A DNA stretch of 38,601 bases from Thermodesulfobacteriota bacterium (GCA_040755455.1 JBFMAY010000039.1:1-38601), one strand, 5' to 3'. Shown: positions 8,725-17,757, numbered from the stretch's first letter. Program-made: numbers and translations. Notes: generated by a model not told the origin, from the letters alone.

Positions 8725-9685
8725 TGTGATGAGTCATTTTAAACTGGTGAAGGAATTTCGCAACGTTGGGTATTTTGAGACAGACCACCATAAACAGATT
8801 TTTCAAGAACTCAAAATGGCGATCCGGCAAGGAAAGCTCATTGCCGTTGCCGGAATTGTGGGGTGCGGTAAAACGACCACGCTGAAAAAAATACGTGATA
8901 CACTTATAAAAGAGGGGGAAATAATCGTTGCCAAATCCCTTTCTGTTGAAAAAGCCAGAGTTACCCTCAGCACTCTTATGATGGCACTGTTTTATGATCT
9001 TTCCACTGAAAAGGATGTAAAAATTCCGACTCAATCAGAAAAAAGAGAACGTAAGCTTCAAGAGCTTATAATGAAAAGGAAAAAGCCTGTAGCTCTTTTT
9101 ATTGATGAGGCTCATGATCTTCATGGTAACACCTTGATTGGCCTGAAACGCCTCATCGAGATGGTGCAGGATTGCGGCGGCATACTCTCAGTGGTTCTTG
9201 CCGGGCACCCAAAATTAAAAAATGACCTCCGCCGATCATCCCTTGAAGAAATTGGCTCCAGGACAACTGTCTTTAATTTGGATGGCATAGCGGCCAGCAA
9301 ACGTGAATTTATTGAATGGCTCCTTCGCGAATGCTCAAAAGCCGGAACAGATATTCATGCCATACTTGCCGAGGAGGCTGTTGACCTATTGGCCGAGCGC
9401 CTTCTCACTCCTTTACAAATTGAACATCATCTTACGCTTGCCCTTGAAGAGGGGTATTTGATTGGCGAAACACCTGTCCCGGTAAATGTGGTTGAATCTA
9501 TTCTCGCAAAAGATATTGATGGTCTTGAACAAAAACTGACCAGGCAAGGATACAATGTGAAAGCTCTCGCTGCGACAGTCAACGTGCAACCGAAAGTTAT
9601 TCGATCCTTTCTGAATGGGAAATTATCCCCTGGACAAACTCAGGAGATCCAAGTGGAAATGCTCGCTGCCGGCATCCCTCTTTAA
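8714..9685 (+). CDS. Transposition AAA+ ATPase (ExeA/MuB/TniB-like) with C-terminal HTH-like segment
   Basis: Walker A GIVGCGKT, Walker B LFIDEAH; overlaps the transposase stop. Confidence 0.9.
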   Translation: MLSDVMSHFKLVKEFRNVGYFETDHHKQIFQELKMAIRQGKLIAVAGIVGCGKTTTLKKIRDTLIKEGEIIVAKSLSVEKARVTLSTLMMALFYDLSTEKDVKIPTQSEKRERKLQELIMKRKKPVALFIDEAHDLHGNTLIGLKRLIEMVQDCGGILSVVLAGHPKLKNDLRRSSLEEIGSRTTVFNLDGIAASKREFIEWLLRECSKAGTDIHAILAEEAVDLLAERLLTPLQIEHHLTLALEEGYLIGETPVPVNVVESILAKDIDGLEQKLTRQGYNVKALAATVNVQPKVIRSFLNGKLSPGQTQEIQVEMLAAGIPL

Positions 9686-9714
9686 AAAGACAACGTTTTC
9701 TGCATATTCTCATT

Positions 9715-9871
9715 TAATGTGAGTCCAAGCTCATCATTGCGAGCCCAGTGACACTTAATCTGAGCCCAGTGGCAGCTAATGTGAGCCCGGCACCATTTCT
9801 ATTGTCAAATAATGTGAGCCCAGAATTGATATGAGTGCGAGCCTGGCCGTTTATCATTGCGAGCCGCTACA
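9715..9871 (+). repeat. Transposon right end: seven 13-bp transposase-binding repeats ending in TACA
   Basis: Approximate consensus YAWTGYGAGCCCA at 9715, 9735, 9756, 9777, 9810, 9833 and 9855; terminal ..GCCGCTACA at 9871. Confidence 0.85.
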
Positions 9872-10466
9872 GTTAGCCTTAATCCAACATTATGGTGGGC
9901 CAACTAGACTGCTAGACTTTACTGAATCTATATACATTTCAGCTTTCTTTGCAATGGAAAATGCTACCCAAAATTCCGCTATATGGGCACTTAATGAAGA
10001 GTACTTATGGCAGCATACTGACAATGTAGTTCACGAAAATGAAACTTTATATGATTTAGAGAAGAGAGGAAGAAATGTTGTTGAAAAGAATATTTCAGGA
10101 AAACATAGTCAAAAAATCGTAATGATGGCGACTCCTGAAAGGTTGAATGAAAGAATTTCTGTACAGCAAGGAGTATTTGTTATCCCTGGAGACCTAAATT
10201 ATTCCTTTATTGAAAATTTAGAAGAAACGTTTAGCTTCTCATTAAAAGAATTACATAAAATCAGCTTACTAAATCCTACTGACATTCATGAAATTGCAGA
10301 CATTGACTGTTTAGAAGCGGAAATAGTAAAAATTGTTTTACCAGTAGAAATTTACAATTCCGCTCTATATGATTTAGATAAAATGAATATTAATGCAGCA
10401 ACCTTGTTTCCGGGGCTGGAAGGATTTGCACGTTCTTTAAGTAAACATTTAAGAGATGCTGACTAA
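9872..10466 (+). pseudogene. FRG-domain protein, 5'-truncated by the transposon; integron cassette ORF
   Basis: LALIQHYGGPTRLLDFT, NERISVQQGVF, MNINAATLFPGLEG; the N-terminal FRG motif is missing; low GC. Confidence 0.85.
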
Positions 10467-10468
10467 AC

Positions 10469-10553
10469 AACCATCATGGCGCTCAACCGGAGCGCGGTTA
10501 TAATGCGGTTTTATTTCCCAGCTTTCCGTGCCGCGCCCGGTTAGCTCTACGTT
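10469..10553 (+). other. Integron attC site (R'' triplet degenerate)
   Basis: ATC-ATGGC-GCT(C)AACCGG(A)GCGCGG ... CCGCGCCCGGTTAGC-TCTAC-GTT: L''/L' pairing with two extrahelical bases, directly after the FRG stop. Confidence 0.8.
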
Positions 10554-10683
10554 GAGGATGTAGGAAAACCCTTTTCGAGGCTGAAAATAGCGAAAACAAA
10601 CTTTAGCAGTTTCAATAATATCAAGTGGTTGCAAAATAGCGAATTTGAGCTTTTATGCCATTTTTACCTTTTTCTACAGACTC
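10554..10683. mobile_element. 130-bp MITE-like element with IS5/IS1182-type ends
   Basis: Terminal inverted repeats GAGGATGTAGGAAAA / TTTTTCTACAGACTC (12/15); GTT on both sides; internal IHF consensus TATCAAGTGGTTG at 10619-10631. Confidence 0.6.
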
Positions 10684-10889
10684 GTTCAGCCCTTGAGATT
10701 GCCACATCGAACATCGCGATAAATCAAATTGCCCTCAGGTTATTAGATCTACATCTTCTCCCACCTTTCGCCATGATAAGGAATTAATCCTGGCTGGCTC
10801 CTTTTCCGCCGGCACATCTACCATCCCCACGTATTGAAAAAGGCGGTCTGCGTCATGCCGCGCAGAAGGCGATTGAACAGGCAGACCCC

Positions 10890-12287
10890 CTATTTCTTCA
10901 GCAGATACTCGTCGATGTTGAAGCCGTTTTCTTCATATTTTTTCAGTTTGCGCCACAGGGACACCCGGTCGATGTTCATGATCTTGGCAGCCTGGCTTTT
11001 GTTGCCGTCCACGCTTTTGAGCACCGACATGATATAGTCGCGCTCGTGGTTCTCCAGGGTCTGGGCCGGTTTCTCCGCCTTGAGCGCGCTTGTGAAAAGG
11101 GGCTGGTGCGTACCGAATTCCGGCGGCAGGTGATATGCCTTTATCTCCGGCTCGCCGCACAGCGCCAGGGTCCGCTCGATGATGTTTTCCAGTTCACGGA
11201 CATTGCCCGGATAATCGTAATCCTGCAGCATGTCAAGCGCGCGTGGTTCAATGGATTTTACTTTCCCCTCGGGCGCGGGATATTTTGCCAGAAAATGGTG
11301 GACAATGAGGGGGATGTCATCTTTGCGTTCCCGCAGCGGGGGAATATGCAGCGACACCACGTTGAGCCGGTAATAGAGGTCCTGGCGGAACCGTCCGCGC
11401 TGGGTTTCTTCCTGCAGGTCCCGGTTGGTGGCCGCCAGGATGCGGACATCAACCGGTATTTCCGTGGTGCCGCCAACCCTGATGATCTTTTTTTCCTGCA
11501 GGACCCGCAGCAGTTTGACCTGCATGTTTAAAGGCATTTCGCCGATTTCGTCAAGCAGGACCACGCCGCCGTCCGCCGATTCGAGAAGGCCTTTGCGCCA
11601 CTTGGATGCGCCGGTGAAGGCGTCCTTTTCATGGCCGAAGAGTTCGTTGAGCATGAGTTCTTCGGTCAAGGCGCCGCAGTTTATCGGCAGGAAGCGTTTG
11701 TCGGCCCTGGGGCTCAATTCATAAATGGTGCGGGCGACGAGTTCCTTGCCGGTTCCTGTTTCTCCGATGATGAGCACATTGCAGTCGAGATGGGCAACCT
11801 GGGCAATATTGTCCTTGAGTTTTAGGACCGCGGGATTTTGCCCGACAAACTGGGTAACCCCTTTTTTTGACAGGATATGCTGCTTGAGGCGGGATATCTC
11901 ATTTTTCAGCAGGGTCTTTTCCAGGGCCTTTTTGACCAGGGCGCGCAACTCATTGAGTTTGATGGGTTTTGCCATGTAGTAAAACGCGCCTTCCGCCATT
12001 GCCTCCACGGCGGAATTAACCGTTGCATAGCCGGTTATGATGATCACCTCCGCATCAGGCTGCATTTCCTTGGCGATGTTCATTACCTGCACACCATCCA
12101 TGTCCGGCATTTTCAGGTCGGTTATGACCAGGTCAAAATGGTTGTGGGCGATATTTTCCACCGCATCCTTGCCGCAGGAGGCGATTTCAACATAATAGCC
12201 CTCCTTGCTTAAAACGTGCTGGATATTCTGGAGATTAATAATCTCGTCATCAACAACGAGGATGCGTATTGCTTTGTCTTCTGGCAT
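10890..12287 (-). CDS. Sigma54-dependent response regulator (NtrC/AtoC/ZraR family)
   Basis: REC (VVDDE, TDLKMP), GETGTGKE, ELFGHEKDAFTGA, LLDEIGE, FRQDLYYRL, PGNVRELEN, Fis-type HTH. Confidence 0.95.
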   Translation of the reverse strand: MPEDKAIRILVVDDEIINLQNIQHVLSKEGYYVEIASCGKDAVENIAHNHFDLVITDLKMPDMDGVQVMNIAKEMQPDAEVIIITGYATVNSAVEAMAEGAFYYMAKPIKLNELRALVKKALEKTLLKNEISRLKQHILSKKGVTQFVGQNPAVLKLKDNIAQVAHLDCNVLIIGETGTGKELVARTIYELSPRADKRFLPINCGALTEELMLNELFGHEKDAFTGASKWRKGLLESADGGVVLLDEIGEMPLNMQVKLLRVLQEKKIIRVGGTTEIPVDVRILAATNRDLQEETQRGRFRQDLYYRLNVVSLHIPPLRERKDDIPLIVHHFLAKYPAPEGKVKSIEPRALDMLQDYDYPGNVRELENIIERTLALCGEPEIKAYHLPPEFGTHQPLFTSALKAEKPAQTLENHERDYIMSVLKSVDGNKSQAAKIMNIDRVSLWRKLKKYEENGFNIDEYLLKK

Positions 12288-12301
12288 TTCTTTATTTCGG
12301 G

Positions 12302-13747
12302 TTAAGATTCGAGAGATTGGGGCTTGTCAATGGCCAGCGGCAGGGTGATGATAAATTTTGTCCCCTGCCCCAGTTTGCTTTCCACCCTGATAGTGCCGTT
12401 ATGTTTTTTAATGATGCCATACACGACAGCCAGGCCCAGGCCCGTTCCTTTGCCCACGTTTTTGGTGGTGTAGAATGGATCAAAGATTTTCTGGATATTA
12501 TTTTCATCAATTCCGGTTCCCGTGTCTTCGATGGCGATAACCGCATTTTTGTTTTCACTGTCAATGTTCGCAGTTATGGAGATTGTTCCGGGGGGCTCAG
12601 GGATGGCCTGGATGGCATTCAGCAGCAGATTGAGCAGCGCTTCGGTTAATTTCTGGATGTCAACATTGACGGCAAGATCAGCCGGAATCTTCTTTTTGAT
12701 GGTTATGTCCGCCGGAACATCGCTTGAAACAAGGCGGATGGCCCGTTCCACCACTTCGCCGAGAAAAGCGGGCTGCAGGGAAAAGGTCTGGGCCCGGGAA
12801 AACTCAAGCAGGCCCTTGACCGTTTCGCTGGCCCGTTGGGTTTCCTGCTCGATGTTCTTGAGTAATCCCTCAATAAATTGGCAGTCACCCTCTTTCAGCT
12901 CGGCAAGGGCGATCTGGCAGGAGGTGGAGATGTTATTGAGCGGATTGTTGAGCTGATGGGCGGTGCCTGATGCCAGTGTGCCGATGGAGGACAGCTTTTT
13001 TGCCTGGAAAAGCTGTTCCTGCTGCTCGGCAATTTCCTTGACCATTTTATTGAAGGCGCGCAGCACACTATGCAGTTCATCTTTTTTGTCCGGAAGAGGC
13101 AGCGGGGTAAAACGATTCCTGGCAATGGTTTTAGCAGCCACCTCAATCAATTTCAGCGGCCTGATCAGGGTTTTAAATAACAGGAGCGTGGTGATGACAG
13201 TAAAAACAACCAGCAGCAGGAGGTAGAAAATAATCTGTATCTGAAAATGCTGAACGAATCTGGTCAGTTTGATCTGTTCGAAAATAACGAATTCATCAGT
13301 CAGCGCGATCAGCTCTTTCCCTAGGGCCCGCAAGAGTTCACGGCAGTCGTTTGACAATTTTATTTCATGTTCACTGCAGGTGTCACAGGTGTCTTTCAGT
13401 GTTTTGAATGCTGACCGGTATTGTTCTAATTTGGTCTCGATCTTGTCAAGAAATTCGGTTTCCGGACTGTTGAGATCATTGGGGACAACCTCTAAATATT
13501 CAATAGCCTCATTAATATATTTCTGAGCCGTAAGGAAATCTTCCAATTCGCCGCGCATGATGAAATTTTTCTCGTATCGCCTGATCTCAAGACAGGCATT
13601 GCTGAGTCGTATGGCGCGAATGAGAATGGTTGCGTCCTCATTGAATTTCTCAAAATCATGGTAGAGGAAGGCCGCTAATGAAATAAAAAATGTAAGCTTC
13701 AAAACGAAAAAGCCCAGCATTTTTTGTCGTAGATTAAGTTGGAACAT
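12302..13747 (-). CDS. Membrane sensor histidine kinase (2 TM, helical periplasmic domain, HAMP, HisKA, HATPase)
   Basis: H box AHQLNNPL, N box NLLLNAIQA, DTGTGI, FDPFYTTK, GTGLGL. Confidence 0.95.
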   Translation of the reverse strand: MFQLNLRQKMLGFFVLKLTFFISLAAFLYHDFEKFNEDATILIRAIRLSNACLEIRRYEKNFIMRGELEDFLTAQKYINEAIEYLEVVPNDLNSPETEFLDKIETKLEQYRSAFKTLKDTCDTCSEHEIKLSNDCRELLRALGKELIALTDEFVIFEQIKLTRFVQHFQIQIIFYLLLLVVFTVITTLLLFKTLIRPLKLIEVAAKTIARNRFTPLPLPDKKDELHSVLRAFNKMVKEIAEQQEQLFQAKKLSSIGTLASGTAHQLNNPLNNISTSCQIALAELKEGDCQFIEGLLKNIEQETQRASETVKGLLEFSRAQTFSLQPAFLGEVVERAIRLVSSDVPADITIKKKIPADLAVNVDIQKLTEALLNLLLNAIQAIPEPPGTISITANIDSENKNAVIAIEDTGTGIDENNIQKIFDPFYTTKNVGKGTGLGLAVVYGIIKKHNGTIRVESKLGQGTKFIITLPLAIDKPQSLES

Positions 13748-13977
13748 CTCTCAGTCTTTTTTAAATTGGCTCCTTATGCCGTTCGGGCATTCAGGTGGCC
13801 ATGTTTTATGTACAACGGCTTAACTTCAGCTTTGCAGTTGAGCTAGCAAATTTCAGGCCGCAGGCATGCCTCCATCGGTATTCTCGATGAAAAGCTATGC
13901 CGGGCCCAAGGTGGATAAGGTTTTGTTTCATTGCATGCAGTCTACCGTTGCTATAGCATACATAAGATGTCCCTTGT

Positions 13978-14169
13978 GTTGCAAATTGTACTATTGTTGT
14001 AGTATGCAACGTTGCATATGGCAACATCAATGTCTTGTTCGCCCGGAAATTTGCCATTTTTTTTGCGCAAAATCTTGAGGCGTGTGGTGTGGCAATAAAA
14101 TGCCTCTTTGGGAAAAGAGTATTTCAGTTTGCAACGATGCGCCCGTGTTCAAGGGTTGCGCCGTGCAGG
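13978..14169. promoter_or_regulatory. Candidate enhancer (UAS) palindromes GTTGCA-N3-TGCAAC
   Basis: Variants at 13978, 13996, 14011, 14121 and 14155, upstream of a sigma54 promoter. Confidence 0.6.
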
Positions 14170-14231
14170 CCTGTTGCCAGTTTTCTTCATCCATAACTTG
14201 GCGGCGGGGCATGAGCGGCAATAAATAATCA

Positions 14232-14247
14232 TGGCACAGTGGTTGCT
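14232..14247 (+). promoter_or_regulatory. Sigma54 -24/-12 promoter for the lon-REC gene
   Basis: TGGCAC-AGTGG-TTGCT matches TGGCAC-N5-TTGCW exactly. Confidence 0.8.
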
Positions 14248-14463
14248 GTCCTGAAGAGAAAATCATTGCCAACAAGCCATCACCGGCAGGGAAGGGGGGA
14301 AGCCATACTGAATTTAATCCCGGGCCGCATGGTTTTCACAGGCAGCGTCAGCCGCAGGATTGTGCCCGCCGGCCGGATCATTTTGTGTTTGGGCAGCGCG
14401 GATTAGGTATTATTTCATAACGTATCTGGGTAGCTGATTTCCTGCTTCCCAGGCAGGAGTTTT

Positions 14464-16485
14464 ATGATTTTCTTCAAAAAAAAAGAAGATGTTTTGTCGT
14501 CGGTAAGCTCATCAGCCCAGTCCCGGCAGCTGTCTGATCTCAGCAGGAAAATTGCGCAAACAGAATTGCCTGGGCATGTCCGCCTGCAGGCGGCAAATGA
14601 ATTGGAAAAGTTGGAAAAAACCGATCCCCTTGCCGCCGAATATGCCATCGGGCTCCATTATCTCGAAATACTTCTGGCCCTTCCCTGGTGTTTTTCCACC
14701 CAGGACAACCTGGACTTCAAGCGGGCCGAAGCAATTCTCAGCAAACATCATTTCGGACTGGAGCATGTGAAGGAGCGCGTGCTGGAGTTTCTGGCGGCAA
14801 AAACCCTCAGAAGCCAGCAGAAGGCCAGAATTCTCATTGTGGATGATGAGGAAATCGCCAGAAATAACCTGAGGTACTTCTTTGCCAAAGACGGCTATAC
14901 CGTCCAGACAGCGGGCAACGGCAGAGAAGCGGTGAGTCGGTTTGAAAATGGCGGGAATTTTGACGTTGTCATCACCGATCTCAAAATGGATGAGATGGAC
15001 GGCATCATGCTGCTTGAGCGGGTCAGCAAAATTTCTCCTGATACCAACGTGATACTGGTGACGGGTTATGCGACGGTTTCCACCGCTGTTGATGCCCTGC
15101 GCAAAGGAGCGACGCATTATCTCTCCAAACCCGTTAAGCTCGATGAGCTGCGGGGCGTGGTCAGGGAGGTCCTGCAGAAACAGCAGCGGCTGCACATGGG
15201 CAAAGGCCCGGTTCTCTGTTTCGCCGGTCCGCCCGGCACCGGGAAGACATCCATCGGCCAGTCAGTGGCCATGGCCCTTGGCCGCATATTTGTCCGGGCA
15301 TCAATGGCCGGTCTGCGTGATGAGGCGGAAATCCGTGGCCATCGCCGAACCTATGTGGGGGCCATGCCGGGCAGGATTATCAGCGAAATAAACCGGGTGA
15401 AGGTCAATAATCCCTGTTTCATGCTCGATGAGATTGACAAGGTAGGCCAGGATTTCCGGGGAGATCCGGCTTCGATCCTCCTCGAAGTGCTTGATCCGGA
15501 GCAGAATGCCCATTTTACTGACCACTATCTGGAGATTCCTTTTGATCTCTCCAGCGTCATGTTTATCGCGACCGCCAATGATGTAGGGAAATTGCCCGGC
15601 CCTCTGCTGGACCGGCTTGAGGTGATCGAGTTTTCCAGCTACTCCGGGCAGGAAAAACTGATTATCGCCAAGCAATATCTTGTGCCCAAGCAGCTTGCTG
15701 AAAACGGTCTGACGGACTTGCCCATTGAGTTCGCTGATGACGCCCTGAAAAAGGTCATTGAAGATTATACACGGGAGTCGGGGGTTCGAGGACTGGATAG
15801 AGAGATCGGCAATATCTGCCGGAAAATAGCCCGTATTATCCTGGTAAACAAGGATGCGCACCAGATCGGCTCTGTTGACGGCAAGATGGTGACCGCGCTG
15901 CTCGGTGCCAGAAAATACCGCAGGGATGCTGCCGAAGGCAACAATATGGTCGGGGTGGTTACCGGTCTTGTCTGGACACCGTTCGGCGGCGAGATCATGT
16001 TCGTTGAGGCCTTGAAAATGCGGGGCCGCAACAAGCTGATTCTGACAGGATCCCTTGGCGATGTCCTGCAGGAGTCAGCGCAAACGGCGCTCAGCTACAT
16101 CAGGAGCAATGCCGCTATGTACGGCATTGCCGAAGATTTTTTTGATTACATGGATATCCATATTCATCTTCCGGCAGGCGCCATAGCAAAGGACGGCCCA
16201 TCCGCCGGGGCAGCCATCGCCATAGCGATTATTTCACTGCTGACGGGCCGCCCTGCCCGCAGGGATGTTGCTGTTTCCGGGGAAATGACCCTGACCGGCC
16301 AGCTGCTGCCGGTCGGCGGCATACGGGAAAAGGTGATTGCGGCAGCCCGCGGCGGCGTTACCAGGGTTCTCCTGCCGGCCCGCAATGATGAAGAGGTAGC
16401 CACCCTGGCGGACGATATAAAAAATAGCCTGCAACTGCAGCTGGCAGGCTCGGTTCCCGAGATGATAGAGAGCATTCTCCTCTAG
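14464..16485 (+). CDS. lon: Lon (S16) protease lacking the N-terminal substrate domain, with a response-regulator receiver inserted before Walker A
   Basis: HFGLEHVKERVLEFLA-[RILIVDDE..TDLKMD..TGYA..KP]-GPPGTGKTS; RGHRRTYVGAMPG; MLDEIDK; KDGPSAG (Ser); GGIREK (Lys). Confidence 0.93.
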   Translation: MIFFKKKEDVLSSVSSSAQSRQLSDLSRKIAQTELPGHVRLQAANELEKLEKTDPLAAEYAIGLHYLEILLALPWCFSTQDNLDFKRAEAILSKHHFGLEHVKERVLEFLAAKTLRSQQKARILIVDDEEIARNNLRYFFAKDGYTVQTAGNGREAVSRFENGGNFDVVITDLKMDEMDGIMLLERVSKISPDTNVILVTGYATVSTAVDALRKGATHYLSKPVKLDELRGVVREVLQKQQRLHMGKGPVLCFAGPPGTGKTSIGQSVAMALGRIFVRASMAGLRDEAEIRGHRRTYVGAMPGRIISEINRVKVNNPCFMLDEIDKVGQDFRGDPASILLEVLDPEQNAHFTDHYLEIPFDLSSVMFIATANDVGKLPGPLLDRLEVIEFSSYSGQEKLIIAKQYLVPKQLAENGLTDLPIEFADDALKKVIEDYTRESGVRGLDREIGNICRKIARIILVNKDAHQIGSVDGKMVTALLGARKYRRDAAEGNNMVGVVTGLVWTPFGGEIMFVEALKMRGRNKLILTGSLGDVLQESAQTALSYIRSNAAMYGIAEDFFDYMDIHIHLPAGAIAKDGPSAGAAIAIAIISLLTGRPARRDVAVSGEMTLTGQLLPVGGIREKVIAAARGGVTRVLLPARNDEEVATLADDIKNSLQLQLAGSVPEMIESILL

Positions 16486-16512
16486 CGAGAGTTGCGGGGA
16501 AATTGCTGTCTT

Positions 16513-16703
16513 GTTGCGGAATGTCACACCATTTGCGTTCTGCAACAAGCCAGGCGGCGTGATGGTTCCTGCTGTCTCTTCCTGCCCCAATAAAGTGTAA
16601 AATCCTTGCCATCCCTTGGTTTGCCGACAATTAGCCATCCAAGTTCCTTTTCTTTCCGTCTTTTTTCCTCCTGATTTTTTCCTGCCGGGTTGCACCCTGC
16701 AAC
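16513..16703. promoter_or_regulatory. Second set of GTTGCA-N3-TGCAAC UAS palindromes
   Basis: Variants at 16513 and 16532, and a perfect GTTGCACCCTGCAAC at 16689-16703. Confidence 0.6.
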
Positions 16704-16757
16704 AATTCCAGCTTTTTTGGGCAAGAGCTTGCTGGGTTTCTGCGTAGCTGGCATGGC

Positions 16758-16815
16758 TAATTATTTGATTTCATGATGTTAATTTGGCGAAAATCATTCT
16801 GGCACGCTTGATGCT
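16758..16815 (+). promoter_or_regulatory. IHF site plus sigma54 promoter
   Basis: Minus-strand AATCAAATAATTA (WATCAANNNNTTR) at 16758-16770; TGGCAC-GCTTG-ATGCT at 16800-16815. Confidence 0.75.
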
Positions 16816-16909
16816 AATAGAGAAAAAGCAAAGAGTAACCGAGATGCAAAAGCGGTTTGTTTAATGAATGAACTTCATGAAACAATTTATAACGATAAGG
16901 AGAAACACC

Positions 16910-17455
16910 ATGGCATTTCTGGACTGGCTGAAAGCAAGGAAAAGCAAAAATCAGGATGTAAAGGTTGTCAAAGTAAAGGAAGAGTCCATTGATATAGGTG
17001 AAATGGCTGCTGGCCATCCTACCGGTGCTGCCGCTGCCATCAAGAGGATGATGGAGCAAAAGAATGGGCCGACCAAGATTCTGGTCGTGGGCAATGGTTC
17101 TTTTTCCAGCAAGTTGAGCGACTATAGCTTGAAGATGGCCCAGCGGCTGGACTGTGCGATCGTGGCTCTGAATGTGTCCGATGGGCCGCTGCGGTTAACC
17201 GGTGAAAGAAAAGAGAGTGAGATCAGCCTCTTTTATAAAAAGGCGGAGATAAACATGGAGAAATACCTGGCCCAGGCCGAGGCCATGGCTGTGCATGTGG
17301 TGCACATCATGGAGGTCGGTGATCAGGAAAAAGTGATATCCGCGTTGAGCGCCAAAGATCCCGGCATCAGGTACGTTCTGACTGAACCTGATCATGGGGG
17401 TGAAGAGGGACGGGTGCAGATCCCTGTGTTCGATCTTGCTTGTTCACGTTTATAA
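16910..17455 (+). CDS. Hypothetical protein, universal stress protein-like fold
   Basis: AAGGAG RBS; KILVVG..LSDYSLKMAQRLDCAIVALNV..HIMEVGD pattern. Confidence 0.7.
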   Translation: MAFLDWLKARKSKNQDVKVVKVKEESIDIGEMAAGHPTGAAAAIKRMMEQKNGPTKILVVGNGSFSSKLSDYSLKMAQRLDCAIVALNVSDGPLRLTGERKESEISLFYKKAEINMEKYLAQAEAMAVHVVHIMEVGDQEKVISALSAKDPGIRYVLTEPDHGGEEGRVQIPVFDLACSRL

Positions 17456-17481
17456 AAAAAAATCGATTGAGGAAAATAAAC

Positions 17482-17757
17482 ATGGAACCTGTAACAATGA
17501 TGACAGTGGCAATTGGTTTTATCGCTGTTTTGCATATTATTGACAATGTTGCCAAGGCCCTGGCAAAGAGAAAAGGAGCCACAGTCACAAAGACTGAGAC
17601 CCGCAGCGATTGGTACTGCTTTTTCAGGATGTCCGATCTGTTGGGTCCGGATTGGCGGCCTTTTGAACAGCGGGAGCACGAGAGAAAGAATCTGACGGAT
17701 ACCAAACGTGACGAGCTGCGCCGCAAGCAGGCCAACCGGCCGAGATTGTATGTGTGA
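17482..17757 (+). CDS. Small hypothetical protein with one N-terminal hydrophobic helix
   Basis: GAGG RBS; co-directional 26 bp after the previous gene. Confidence 0.55.
   Translation: MEPVTMMTVAIGFIAVLHIIDNVAKALAKRKGATVTKTETRSDWYCFFRMSDLLGPDWRPFEQREHERKNLTDTKRDELRRKQANRPRLYV

Larger units (their letters stand above)
6319..9871. mobile_element. Tn552/Mu-like transposon module (resolvase, res, DDE transposase, ATPase, right end); left end not in window
   Basis: Gene trio, res-like palindromes, and a repeated right end finishing in TACA that abuts a truncated FRG gene. Confidence 0.8.

Noticed and set aside
8714..9685. Type II secretion ExeA serving Rhs export
   Set aside because: It overlaps a DDE transposase and precedes the transposon end; no peptidoglycan-binding domain or gsp genes are visible.
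9715..9867. Short regularly spaced repeats as a CRISPR array
   Set aside because: Repeats are 13 bp and degenerate with mostly 7-10 bp gaps, there are no cas genes, and they end in TACA next to a transposase. This fits a transposon end.
9831..9871. ORF-track start of the FRG gene (MSASLAVYHCEPLQ)
   Set aside because: These codons come from the transposon end. The real 5' part of the gene is missing.
11614..11643. DAFTGA instead of GAFTGA as a sign of a sigma54-independent activator
   Set aside because: The critical F-T residues are intact and two sigma54 promoters lie nearby.
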